Shown in pieces: positions 27,566-36,558 of a DNA stretch of 64,000 nucleotides. The translations under genes and the position numbers were made by a program. Position 1 is the first letter of the stretch; each line of letters starts with the position of its first letter. Under the pieces are notes generated by a model. That model was not told where the DNA came from. It was given only the letters and a program-made list of their open reading frames with translations, and made no database searches. The DNA is taken from assembly GCA_964344935.1 (NCBI GenBank), contig CAYFPL010000001.1:1391533-1455532 (forward strand), read 5' to 3'. The stretch comes from an uncultured Rhodospirillaceae bacterium (GTDB taxonomy: Bacteria; Pseudomonadota; Alphaproteobacteria; GCA-2731375).

Positions 27566-28912
27566 ATGATCACCGACTACCAGGGTTTGGAACTGACCAC
27601 CGATAGCGCCGAAGCAGCGGAGGCCTATAGCCGCACAGTGCGCAGCTATCTGGCCTTTGGCCTGGATGCCGGCGTGCATATGAAATCGGCCCTGGCTGCC
27701 GATCCCGAATTGCCCATGGCGCTGATTACGCGGGGTTATTTCTTCCACCTCTTCGCCATTCCGGCCCTGGTGCGGAAGGCGGTCGAGGCGGCGGCGGCGG
27801 CGGAAGCGGCAATAGCCCAGCGCGGGGCCAATCAACGGGAGCGATGGCATTTGGCTGCTCTGGGCGCCTGGAACCAGGGTCAACTGCGCCAGTGCGCCGA
27901 TATCTGGGAACGCATCTTGATGCATCATCCCCACGACGGGCTGACCATCCGTCTGGTCAATTTCGTACATTTCTATATGAACGGCGGGGCGGCGATGCGC
28001 CAATCCATCGCCCGCATCATTGGCGCCTGGGATGAAGGGCGGCCTGACTATGGCTACATTCTCGGGGTCGCCGCATTCTCCCACGAGGAAGCCGGCGACT
28101 ACGAGACAGCGGAGGCGATGGGCAAGCATGCGGTCGAAATCAACGCCAAGGACATCTGGGCCACTCACGCCGTCGCCCATGTTTTCGAAATGCAGGGACG
28201 GCAGGACGAAGGCATCGCCTGGCTGGACCGCCTGAGCCCGGAATGGTCGGACCTGAACAATTTCCGCTTCCACACCTGGTGGCACAAGGCCATGTATCAC
28301 CTGGAAAAGGGCCAGTTCGACACGGTCCTGGACCTCTATGACAACAATTTCTGGCCCGAACCCAGCGACGAGTATCTGGATTTCACCAATGCCGCTGCCA
28401 TGCTCTGGCGCCTTGAACATAACGGTATCGATGTGGGCGACCGCTGGAGCGGCCTCGCCGACGTGGCCGAGAGGCACAGCAAGGATGCCATTCTGGCCTT
28501 CGCAGACGCCCATTACATGATGGCCCTGGCCAAGGATGGCCGGGTGGAGGCCCAGAACGCCATGCTGGAAAATCTGGAACGATCGGCCCAGGGGGATGGC
28601 GATCAGGCCAAAGTTACGGCCGAAGTGGGCCTGCCCGTTTGCCGCGCCACCATCGCGCTGTGTCAAGACCGGTCAGGCGAGGCGGCGGAGATACTCCTGC
28701 CTTTGCGCGACCATATTGCCAGACTCGGCGGCAGCCATGCGCAACGGGATATCTGGGCACAGATGACCTGCCGTGCCCTCTTGGATGCCGGCCGCTTTGA
28801 CGACGCCCGTGGCATTCTGGCTCAGCGCAGCAGGACCAAGATCAATTCGCCCCTGACCCAGCGCTGGTACGACGAGGCAGTGGCCGGCAACGCCGGGGGC
28901 TCAGACGCTTAA
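27566..28912 (+). CDS. TPR-like protein, TTC38-family-like
   Basis: 448 aa, strong SD (GGAGGA) 7 nt upstream. All-helical repeat protein. The N-terminal region ([19 protein letters not shown]...[14 protein letters not shown]) resembles the bacterial/eukaryotic TTC38 family. Confidence 0.6.
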   Translation: MITDYQGLELTTDSAEAAEAYSRTVRSYLAFGLDAGVHMKSALAADPELPMALITRGYFFHLFAIPALVRKAVEAAAAAEAAIAQRGANQRERWHLAALGAWNQGQLRQCADIWERILMHHPHDGLTIRLVNFVHFYMNGGAAMRQSIARIIGAWDEGRPDYGYILGVAAFSHEEAGDYETAEAMGKHAVEINAKDIWATHAVAHVFEMQGRQDEGIAWLDRLSPEWSDLNNFRFHTWWHKAMYHLEKGQFDTVLDLYDNNFWPEPSDEYLDFTNAAAMLWRLEHNGIDVGDRWSGLADVAERHSKDAILAFADAHYMMALAKDGRVEAQNAMLENLERSAQGDGDQAKVTAEVGLPVCRATIALCQDRSGEAAEILLPLRDHIARLGGSHAQRDIWAQMTCRALLDAGRFDDARGILAQRSRTKINSPLTQRWYDEAVAGNAGGSDA

Positions 28913-29539
28913 GTTGAAGGCAATTGAGATGCGTTGCCTGGTGCCCCGATAGGGGCGCACGGCATGACTGAGCCAAGCCGGAAACAGTAGCATGGTGCCG
29001 GATTTGGGCGAAATGGTCTCGCTGCTTCCTGCAGCCAGGCCGCCCGGCACGTTAAAGGCCAATACAGGTGCGTACATGGCCGGGGCGATCCCCCGCGGAT
29101 CCTGGATTTCAAATTCGCCGCCCAAGCCGGGATCATCGCCAATGCCGCCGTCGTCCACGTAATAGGTGCCCGACCAGAAGCTGCCCGGATGGGTATGGAA
29201 TTCGTTACCGTGGCCCGGCCCATTGACGTTGGCCCAGGCGTTGAGGCGCCATTCCACCTGCACGGCCTTGCCCTGGCGATCGCAGGTCATCTGCGTCGCC
29301 ACAGCCTTGGCCAATTCCAGCACCTGGTGCGCAGCCGGGCCACCCCATTCCGCCAAATCCCAGGTGGATTGCCAGCCGCCCAAATTGGAATGGGCGGTCG
29401 ATGGATGGTTTGCCATGCGTGTCTCGATCGCGGCCCGCAAGGCATCGTTCAGCGGCTCGGCATCGGGCAATTCCACCTGCACAACGGGCGTGGGAAACAG
29501 GCCGTGGCCCTGGATTTTCGGTTCCTTGACTTGGTTCAT
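28901..29539 (-). CDS. putative 2OG-Fe(II) oxygenase-superfamily protein (TIGR02466-like)
   Basis: 212 aa. GNEFHTHPGSFWSGTYYV ... MLLFPAWLSHAV pattern (His-rich metal site plus distal His) as in the conserved hypothetical family common in marine bacteria. Starts 2 nt after the tsaD stop. Confidence 0.55.
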   Translation of the reverse strand: MNQVKEPKIQGHGLFPTPVVQVELPDAEPLNDALRAAIETRMANHPSTAHSNLGGWQSTWDLAEWGGPAAHQVLELAKAVATQMTCDRQGKAVQVEWRLNAWANVNGPGHGNEFHTHPGSFWSGTYYVDDGGIGDDPGLGGEFEIQDPRGIAPAMYAPVLAFNVPGGLAAGSSETISPKSGTMLLFPAWLSHAVRPYRGTRQRISIAFNLSV

Positions 29540-29541
29540 GA

Positions 29542-30585
29542 TCAGGCTTTCTTGCCGGCAAAGGGCATAGGCTTGGCGTCCGGATCCAGGGGCCAGCGAG
29601 CCCGGGCCGGAAAGTCGAGGTCGTCGTACAAGCCGGCCTGGAGACGTTCAACGCCGGCCCAGGCGATCATGGCGGCGTTGTCGGTACAAAGTGCGGGCGG
29701 CGGCGCCACCAGGGTCATATTCTGCGACCGGCAGAGATTATCCAGCCGCTGGCGCAGATGCCCATTGGCGGCAACGCCACCGGCAATCACCAGGTTGCGA
29801 AGACCGGGGCTGATTGCCCGGCTTATCTCAAGGGCGTTTTGCGCCCGGTCCACAACCACATCGCCGACCGCTTCTTGGAATGCGGCCGCGATGTCGGGCG
29901 GTGGCAGGTCCGGTTCATGGTCCAACAGGCGGCGCACGGCGGTCTTCAACCCTGAGAACGAGAAATCGCAGCCTTCCCGTCCAAGCATGGGCCGGGGCAG
30001 GTTCACCGCACCGGCTTCGCCCACTTTTGCGGCTGCCTCGATGGCCGGGCCACCTGGATAGCCCAGGCCCAGCATCTTACCCACCTTGTCAAAGGCCTCA
30101 CCCACCGCATCGTCGATGGTGGTGCCCAAACGGCGGTAGCTGCCCAAGCCTTCCACCAGGACAAACTGGCAATGGCCGCCCGAGACCAGAAGTAACAGAT
30201 ATGGGAAGGCCAGGTCGTCGGTCAGCCGCGCGGTCAGGGCATGACCTTCCAAGTGATTGACCGCTAGCAGCGGCTTGCCGATGGCCGCGGCGATGGCCTT
30301 GCCCGTGACCAGGCCGACCATGACACCTCCGATCAGGCCTGGCCCGGCGGTGGCCGCGACCCCGTCCAATTGCGGGAACCTGATATCTGCCACATCCATG
30401 GCCCTGGCGATCAAACCATCGATCTGCTCCACATGGGCGCGGGCAGCGATTTCGGGCACCACGCCGCCATAGGGGCGGTGTTCCTCCAGCTGGCTCAGCA
30501 CGATGTTGGCGCGGATGCGCCGTTCGCCGTCCACCACGGCGGCGGCGGTTTCATCACACGAGGTTTCAATCCCCAATACGATCAT
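29542..30585 (-). CDS. tsaD: tRNA N6-adenosine threonylcarbamoyltransferase
   Basis: Start at ATG 30585 ([18 protein letters not shown]). HxxxH metal motif VNHLEGHAL. 347 aa. The track N-terminal extension is rejected. Confidence 0.95.
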   Translation of the reverse strand: MIVLGIETSCDETAAAVVDGERRIRANIVLSQLEEHRPYGGVVPEIAARAHVEQIDGLIARAMDVADIRFPQLDGVAATAGPGLIGGVMVGLVTGKAIAAAIGKPLLAVNHLEGHALTARLTDDLAFPYLLLLVSGGHCQFVLVEGLGSYRRLGTTIDDAVGEAFDKVGKMLGLGYPGGPAIEAAAKVGEAGAVNLPRPMLGREGCDFSFSGLKTAVRRLLDHEPDLPPPDIAAAFQEAVGDVVVDRAQNALEISRAISPGLRNLVIAGGVAANGHLRQRLDNLCRSQNMTLVAPPPALCTDNAAMIAWAGVERLQAGLYDDLDFPARARWPLDPDAKPMPFAGKKA

Positions 30586-30676
30586 GGCCAATCCGCAATT
30601 ACCCCGCGCCGATTTGTCGCGCGGAAACGTCACTAAAAGCTTGCGCCGAACACTCAGAGGCCTTAGCACCGCGCCT

Positions 30677-31609
30677 ATGAACTCGCAAGCCAACATCCGC
30701 ATCGGCACCCGCGGTTCGCCCTTGGCCTTGGCCCAGGCGGAAGAGGTCAAGAGCCGTCTGTTGGCGGCTCATGGGGACCTGGGCGATGACGAGGTGGAGA
30801 TCGTGGTCATCGCCACCACCGGCGACCGCATCCAAAGCAAACCGCTCCGCGAGTTCGGTGGCAAAGGCCTGTTCACCAAGGAGATCGAGGAGGCCCTGCT
30901 GGCCGGCGAGATCCACATGGCGGTGCATTCAATGAAGGACGTCCCCACGGAACTGCCCCCGGGCCTGGGCATTGCCTGCCTGCTGCCCCGGGAAGATCCG
31001 CGCGATGGCTTCCTTTCGCCCATAGCCGATAGCCTGGACGCGTTGCCTCAAGGCGCCACCGTTGGTTCGTCGTCCCTGCGCCGGGTGGCCCAAGTTCGCC
31101 ACACCCGCCCGGATCTGAAGGTGGTGGATTTTCGCGGCAACGTGAATACGCGCATGCGCAAGCTGGCGGATGGCGTGGCCCAGGCCACGTTTCTGGCCTG
31201 CGCCGGCCTCAACCGTTTGAACATGGCCGACCGTATCACCGCTCCTGTTCCGGTGGAGGTTATGCTGCCGGCGGTAGCCCAGGCGGTGATCGGTTGTGAA
31301 ATTCGCCTCGATGACGAGCCGACGACGAGCCGATTGGCGCCTTTGCATCATGACGAAACCGCACATTGTGTGGCCGCGGAGCGGGCACTATTGGCGGCCC
31401 TGGACGGTTCCTGCCGCACGCCGATCGCGGCCCTGGCGGAATTGCAAGGCGACAGACTGTCTCTGCGGGCGCAAATCCTACGGGTCGACGGCAGCGAAAG
31501 CTTGGAAACCCAACGCCAGGGTCCCATTTCGGATGCGGCAGCAATGGGGCAGGATGCTGGCGCCGAATTGCTGGGCCGTGCGGGTCCGGACTTTTTCGCT
31601 GGCACGTGA
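30677..31609 (+). CDS. hemC: hydroxymethylbilane synthase (porphobilinogen deaminase)
   Basis: Start at ATG 30677 ([24 protein letters not shown]). Also [20 protein letters not shown] and the cofactor Cys context [11 protein letters not shown]. Confidence 0.95.
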   Translation: MNSQANIRIGTRGSPLALAQAEEVKSRLLAAHGDLGDDEVEIVVIATTGDRIQSKPLREFGGKGLFTKEIEEALLAGEIHMAVHSMKDVPTELPPGLGIACLLPREDPRDGFLSPIADSLDALPQGATVGSSSLRRVAQVRHTRPDLKVVDFRGNVNTRMRKLADGVAQATFLACAGLNRLNMADRITAPVPVEVMLPAVAQAVIGCEIRLDDEPTTSRLAPLHHDETAHCVAAERALLAALDGSCRTPIAALAELQGDRLSLRAQILRVDGSESLETQRQGPISDAAAMGQDAGAELLGRAGPDFFAGT

Positions 31610-31613
31610 TCGG

Positions 31614-32312
31614 ATGCATCTGATCGTCACCCGCCCGCAAGCCGAATCGGAAGCCCTCGCCGAGCGCCTGCGGGAAAAGGGCCATCAGGTCCTGATCGAA
31701 CCTATGTTGAGCATTCACGATTTGCCCGATGCGTCGCCGCACTTGAGCGATGCTGCCGCGGTCTTGCTGACATCCGCCAACGGCGCCCGCGCCTTGGCGC
31801 GGCATACGGCGCTGCGTGATCTCCCGGTGTTGGCGGTAGGTGATGCCACGGCCAGGGCGGCACGGTCAGCCGGCTTCGATGATGTGGCATCGGCGGACGG
31901 CGATGTCACCGCCCTTGCCATGCTTGTGCGGCAACGCTTCCAGCCTGATGACGGGGCCTTGGTGCACGTAGCGGGCAGTGCCGTCGCTGGTGATTTGGCC
32001 GGCGATCTAGGAGCGGACGGCTATCAGGTTCGGCGAGCAGTATTGTACAAGGCCGAACGGGCCGAACGCTTGAGCAAGCAAAGCCGCGAAGCCCTGGCCG
32101 CCGGGGAAATCGACGGCATTCTGTTTTTCTCCCCGCGCAGCGCCGCCACATTTGTTAAGCTATTGCAGCGGGATGGCCTGGTGAACATATGTGGTGGTGT
32201 CACCCTATACGCCCTCAGCCCGGCGGTGGCGAAGGCCGCCGCCGAAGTGCCCTGGAAAGGCCAAAAAATCGCCCCAATGCCGCGCCAGGATGACTTTCTG
32301 GCATTGTTATGA
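31614..32312 (+). CDS. hemD: uroporphyrinogen-III synthase
   Basis: Start at ATG 31614 (MHLIVTRPQAESEALAERLREKGHQV), 4 nt after the hemC stop. 232 aa. HemD-like pattern (LLTSANGARA...LFFSPRSA). Confidence 0.85.
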   Translation: MHLIVTRPQAESEALAERLREKGHQVLIEPMLSIHDLPDASPHLSDAAAVLLTSANGARALARHTALRDLPVLAVGDATARAARSAGFDDVASADGDVTALAMLVRQRFQPDDGALVHVAGSAVAGDLAGDLGADGYQVRRAVLYKAERAERLSKQSREALAAGEIDGILFFSPRSAATFVKLLQRDGLVNICGGVTLYALSPAVAKAAAEVPWKGQKIAPMPRQDDFLALL

Positions 32313-32327
32313 TCTGACGGAACCCAA

Positions 32328-33533
32328 ATGGTAGAGAAAGACGAATCACCGCTCCGCGAAGAGGACGAGAACCGGGATTTGGCCGCCCAAGCGGATGAGA
32401 TAGAGGCTTCAGAAGAAACCCGGACGGGCAGTAGCGGCCGTGGCCCCCTCGTAGCACTTGCTATCCTGGCCGTGATCATCGTCGGCGGCTATCTAAGCTG
32501 GCCCGCGTTGCAGCCGCTCATCTTGGCCCAGTTCCAACAGGAAGCACCGGAAACCATGGCGGCGATCAAGGCATTGGACCGCCGCATGGCCCAACTGGAA
32601 GCGGCCAACAACCGCTATGACCAGGCCATTGCCGCTGTCAACGACACAATAGCGGAATTTTCCAAACGGATGGACGGCCTGGCGGCTTCCATCCCTGATG
32701 GCGATGTCCTATCCGGCTTGGGCGGGAAATTAAGTGCCCTGGAGGACACGATCGCGGAATTGGGCGAGAGCGCGGGTGAGAATGGTACCGCGGCCCTGGC
32801 GCTTTTGAACCGTGAACTGGAAGGATTGAAGGCGCGCCTGAGCGAAATGACGGCGGTGGTCCCGGACAGTGGCGATGCCGGCGCAGCGGAACGCTCGGCG
32901 GCACTGGAAGCGGAAAACAAACAACTGCGCCGGACCGTGGAAGCCATGCAAGCTCGCCTCGAGCAATTGGAACAGGCCGTACTGGACGAGGTCAAGGCGC
33001 GCCGGCAGGGCGGCAAGGGCGAAGGGCTGGTCGTCGCCGTGGGGCAGTTGCGCCAGACGGTGCTGGCCGGACGGCCCTATGCCGATCCCCTGGCCGCCGT
33101 CGCCGCGCTGGCAGAGGACGATGCCTCCGTCAAGGCGGCCATAGGGGCGCTGAGCCCCGGTGCAAAACAGGGCGTCGCCACCCACCAGGCCCTGACGGCA
33201 CAATTCCCCTCGGTCGCCCGGGCGGTGTTGCAGGCAGATAGCAGCGGCAATGACGGCTTTCTGCAACGAACCTGGGATCGCCTGAGTGACCTGGTCACGG
33301 TACGCCGGGTGGGCGAGGTCGAGGGCGCCGAAACGGATGCGGTTCTGGCCCGGGCTGAGCGGCGGCTCGCATCCGGTGACCTGGGCGCCGCGGTGAAATT
33401 GATGCAGAGCCTGACGGGGCCTGCCAAGGGCGCCGCGGGCGCCTGGCTGGAGCGGGCCAGCGGACGACTAGGCGCCGAAGTGGCCCTGGCGCAATTGCAG
33501 AGCCGTGCCATCGCCGGCCTGGCGGGCGGCTAA
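32328..33533 (+). CDS. mitofilin-domain protein (alphaproteobacterial Mic60 homolog)
   Basis: 401 aa. Acidic N-terminus, one TM segment (LVALAILAVIIVGGYLSW), a long coiled-coil, and a C-terminal mitofilin-like block (LSDLVTVRRVGEVEG...AERRLASGDLGAAVKLMQSL...WLERASGRL). Conserved position after hemC-hemD. Confidence 0.75.
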   Translation: MVEKDESPLREEDENRDLAAQADEIEASEETRTGSSGRGPLVALAILAVIIVGGYLSWPALQPLILAQFQQEAPETMAAIKALDRRMAQLEAANNRYDQAIAAVNDTIAEFSKRMDGLAASIPDGDVLSGLGGKLSALEDTIAELGESAGENGTAALALLNRELEGLKARLSEMTAVVPDSGDAGAAERSAALEAENKQLRRTVEAMQARLEQLEQAVLDEVKARRQGGKGEGLVVAVGQLRQTVLAGRPYADPLAAVAALAEDDASVKAAIGALSPGAKQGVATHQALTAQFPSVARAVLQADSSGNDGFLQRTWDRLSDLVTVRRVGEVEGAETDAVLARAERRLASGDLGAAVKLMQSLTGPAKGAAGAWLERASGRLGAEVALAQLQSRAIAGLAGG

Positions 33534-34930
33534 TGCTGCGGTCGGTTCTCATTTTCCTCGGCCTGGCGGCGCTGGGTGTCGCCGGGGCTTGGCTGGCGGA
33601 TCATCCGGGCACCATCTCCATGCAGTGGGGTGGCCGGCTGATCGAAACCTCCACCGCCGTCGCGGTCACGGCAATGGCAGTTCTGCTGATCCTGGTTGCC
33701 GCCATCTATCGGTTTTGGCGCTGGCTGGTGACATCGCCGGTGGCGCTCAGCAATCTTCGTGCTGAGGGCCGGCGCCGCCGCGGCTATCAAAGCCTCTCTT
33801 CCGGCCTGGTCGCCGTCGCCGCTGGCGACGTGGGACAGGCCAAAAAGCTTGCACGGCGTACGGCGCAACTATTGGACGAGCCAGCCCTGACGTTGCTGTT
33901 ATCGGCCCAGGCGGCGCAATTGGAAGGCGACGAAACGGCCGCCAAGGAGTATTTCGAGGCCATGGCGGCGGAGCCGGAAACGGAATTCCTCGGGCTTCGC
34001 GGCCTGTTGGTCCAGGCCCGCAGGGACGGCGATCGCGCCAAGGCCTTGTCCCTGGCGCGCCGGGCTTTCGCCTTGCGCCCCGATACCCCTTGGGTCGGCC
34101 AGGAACTGTTCGCCCTGGAAGCCGCTGAAGGCGATTGGCAGTCAGCGGAAAAGACACTGGGCCATAGCGTGAAACGGAAACTGCTGTCTGGCGATGTGGC
34201 GTCCCGGCGTCAGGCCATCGTGCTGTTCGCCCAGGCGCTGGACGCCGAAGCCCTGGGCGAAAGCAAGCAGGCTCTCGATCTGGCGCGCAAAGCCCATGCC
34301 CAGCTACCTGATTTCAGCCCCGCCACCGCCTTGGCCGGGCGGTTGCACGGCGCCGCCGGCGAAGCCCGCAAGGCACGGCGCTTGTTGCAAACCGGTTGGC
34401 GCACGACGCCGCATCCGGATCTTTTAGCGGCCTGGCTGGATCTGCACCCCGCAGACGAGGCGGAAGAACGTCTGGAAGCGGTACGCACATTGATCGCGGA
34501 AACGGAAGAGGCGCCTGAAAGCCGCAAAGCCCTGGCCCAGGCGGCGCTGGAGGCCGGGGAATACGATGACGCCCGCATACAGTTGAAAAGCCTGATGGAC
34601 ACCGCACCCAGCGCCCAGGTGGCCCGCCTGATCGCCGATTTAGAAGAAGCCGAGCGCGGCGACGGCGCCGCCGCCCGGCAATGGCTGCGCCAAGCCGCAA
34701 ACCTGCCCGCCGACCCCACCTGGGTCTGCAACGATTGTGGTCGCCAGAATGGCGACTGGGCGCCGCACTGCCCCGATTGCGGCAGTTTCGATGCCTTCGC
34801 ATGGCGCGCGCCGGCGGTTGCCGGCTCGGTTTTACCGTATGCTGCTGGACTAACCGAAGAGATCGAGGAAGACGCCGAGGTCGAAATCCTGCCTCCCGAC
34901 GTGGAGCCGGCGCCCGCGGCCACATCCTAG
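33533..34930 (+). CDS. HemY-N-domain/TPR protein with C-terminal zinc ribbon (Orf52-like partner of alphaMic60)
   Basis: 465 aa. Start overlaps the upstream stop (TAATG). Two N-terminal TM helices, TPR-like body, C-terminal CNDCGRQNGDWAPHCPDCGS (CxxC-x10-CxxC). Confidence 0.75.
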   Translation: MLRSVLIFLGLAALGVAGAWLADHPGTISMQWGGRLIETSTAVAVTAMAVLLILVAAIYRFWRWLVTSPVALSNLRAEGRRRRGYQSLSSGLVAVAAGDVGQAKKLARRTAQLLDEPALTLLLSAQAAQLEGDETAAKEYFEAMAAEPETEFLGLRGLLVQARRDGDRAKALSLARRAFALRPDTPWVGQELFALEAAEGDWQSAEKTLGHSVKRKLLSGDVASRRQAIVLFAQALDAEALGESKQALDLARKAHAQLPDFSPATALAGRLHGAAGEARKARRLLQTGWRTTPHPDLLAAWLDLHPADEAEERLEAVRTLIAETEEAPESRKALAQAALEAGEYDDARIQLKSLMDTAPSAQVARLIADLEEAERGDGAAARQWLRQAANLPADPTWVCNDCGRQNGDWAPHCPDCGSFDAFAWRAPAVAGSVLPYAAGLTEEIEEDAEVEILPPDVEPAPAATS

Positions 34931-35024
34931 AGCATATCGCCATCCAAACGCCCTTTCGCCCCTTGACCCTCGAGCGGCAAGATGGTGTGTTCCGCCCGCA
35001 AATCCCGGCGAGGAGTGAGTAACA

Positions 35025-35771
35025 ATGTCAGGCGTACTCGTGGTCACTGGCGCGAGCCGAGGCATCGGCGCGGCCTGTGCGGTTCTGGGCGCGGCCGAAG
35101 GCTTCAAGGTCTGCGTCAACTATCATTCCAGTCCCGAGAGGGCCGAAGACGTTGTCGGCCAGATCACCGCCCAAGGCGGCGAGGCGATCGCCGTGGGCGG
35201 CCATATGGGGCGCGAGGCCGACATCATCGCCATGTTCAATCGGGTCGATAGGGAACTGGGCCCGGTTACCGCCTTGATCAACAATGCGGGTATGACCGGC
35301 GACACCGGGCGGTTGGACGGGATGACCGCCGAAGATATACGCCAGGTCTTCGATTTGAATTTGACGGGTCCATTCCTCTGTGCCCGCGAGGCGGTCAAGC
35401 GCATGTCCAGCAAACACGGCGGCGCGGGTGGGGTGATCGTCAATATCTCCTCTGCCGCCGCGCGTTTTGGCGGGGCGGGACAATACCTGCACTACGCCGC
35501 CTCGAAAGGCGGCCTGGAAACCTTCACCAAGGGTCTCGGCTTGGAAGTAGCGGCGGAGGGCATCCGCGTTGTCGGTATCCAACCGGGCGTCATCGATACC
35601 GAGATCCATGCCCGCATGGGACTGCCAGACCGGGCCGCCGAACTGGCCCCGACCGTGCCCATGCAAAGAGCCGGCACAGCGGAAGAAATGGCCAGGACCG
35701 CCCTATGGTTGATCAGCGATGGGGCCTCCTACATCACCGGCACGACGATCCTGGCGACGGGTGGGCGCTGA
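35025..35771 (+). CDS. SDR-family oxidoreductase
   Basis: 248 aa. TGASRGIGAA cofactor motif, NNAG, and catalytic YAASKGG. Confidence 0.88.
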   Translation: MSGVLVVTGASRGIGAACAVLGAAEGFKVCVNYHSSPERAEDVVGQITAQGGEAIAVGGHMGREADIIAMFNRVDRELGPVTALINNAGMTGDTGRLDGMTAEDIRQVFDLNLTGPFLCAREAVKRMSSKHGGAGGVIVNISSAAARFGGAGQYLHYAASKGGLETFTKGLGLEVAAEGIRVVGIQPGVIDTEIHARMGLPDRAAELAPTVPMQRAGTAEEMARTALWLISDGASYITGTTILATGGR

Positions 35772-35772
35772 A

Positions 35773-36558
35773 ATGGCAGAGAACACAATGACCGATATCG
35801 AATTGGCAACCGCCATCGAGGCAATCGCCCTGCGCGCCGGGGCGGCGATCCTGGAGATTTATGGCCGCGATTTCGAGGTGGAAACCAAATCCGATCAGTC
35901 CCCGGTGACCGAGGCCGACCAGGCGGCGGAAGTCATCATCGTCGAGGCCCTGCGCGCCTTGACCCCGGAGATCCCCGTGGTGGCGGAGGAAGAGGTGGCT
36001 GCCGGCAAGCAAACAGATGTCGGCGCTGGTCCGTTCTGGTTGGTGGACCCCCTGGATGGCACCCGGGAATTTATCTCCCGCAACGGCGAATTCACAGTCA
36101 ACATCGCCTTGATCCGCGGCGGCCAGCCGGTTCTGGGTACCGTGCATGTGCCTGCGCGGGAAGAAACCTACACCGCCGCCGGCCCTGGACAAGTGAGCCG
36201 GCGCCGGGCGGACGGCAAACCAGAAGCGATCAGCGCCAAGTTTCCAGCAGCCGACGGCCTGGTGGCCATGGTCAGCCGCTCCCACGCCTCGCCTGAGACC
36301 GACGAGTTCCTTGCCGAATTCACCATAACCGAGCGCGTGGACGCGGGCAGCAGTCTGAAATTCTGCCGCCTGGCCGAGGGTGCGGCGGATCTGTATCCCC
36401 GCCTGGGCCGCACCATGGAGTGGGACACCGCCGCGGGCCATGCGGTGCTGGCCTGCGCCGGCGGCACGGTCACCCGGCTAGACGGCTCGCCCCTGCTCTA
36501 TGGCAAGGATGGTTTCGAGAACCCCCATTTTGTCGCCCGAGGGGCTAAAGCTGAATGA
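35773..36558 (+). CDS. cysQ: 3'(2'),5'-bisphosphate nucleotidase
   Basis: Start at ATG 35773 (MAENTMTDIELATAIEAI), 1 nt after the SDR stop. Inositol-monophosphatase-fold motifs SPVTEADQ, WLVDPLDGTREF and WDTAAGHAV. Confidence 0.85.
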   Translation: MAENTMTDIELATAIEAIALRAGAAILEIYGRDFEVETKSDQSPVTEADQAAEVIIVEALRALTPEIPVVAEEEVAAGKQTDVGAGPFWLVDPLDGTREFISRNGEFTVNIALIRGGQPVLGTVHVPAREETYTAAGPGQVSRRRADGKPEAISAKFPAADGLVAMVSRSHASPETDEFLAEFTITERVDAGSSLKFCRLAEGAADLYPRLGRTMEWDTAAGHAVLACAGGTVTRLDGSPLLYGKDGFENPHFVARGAKAE

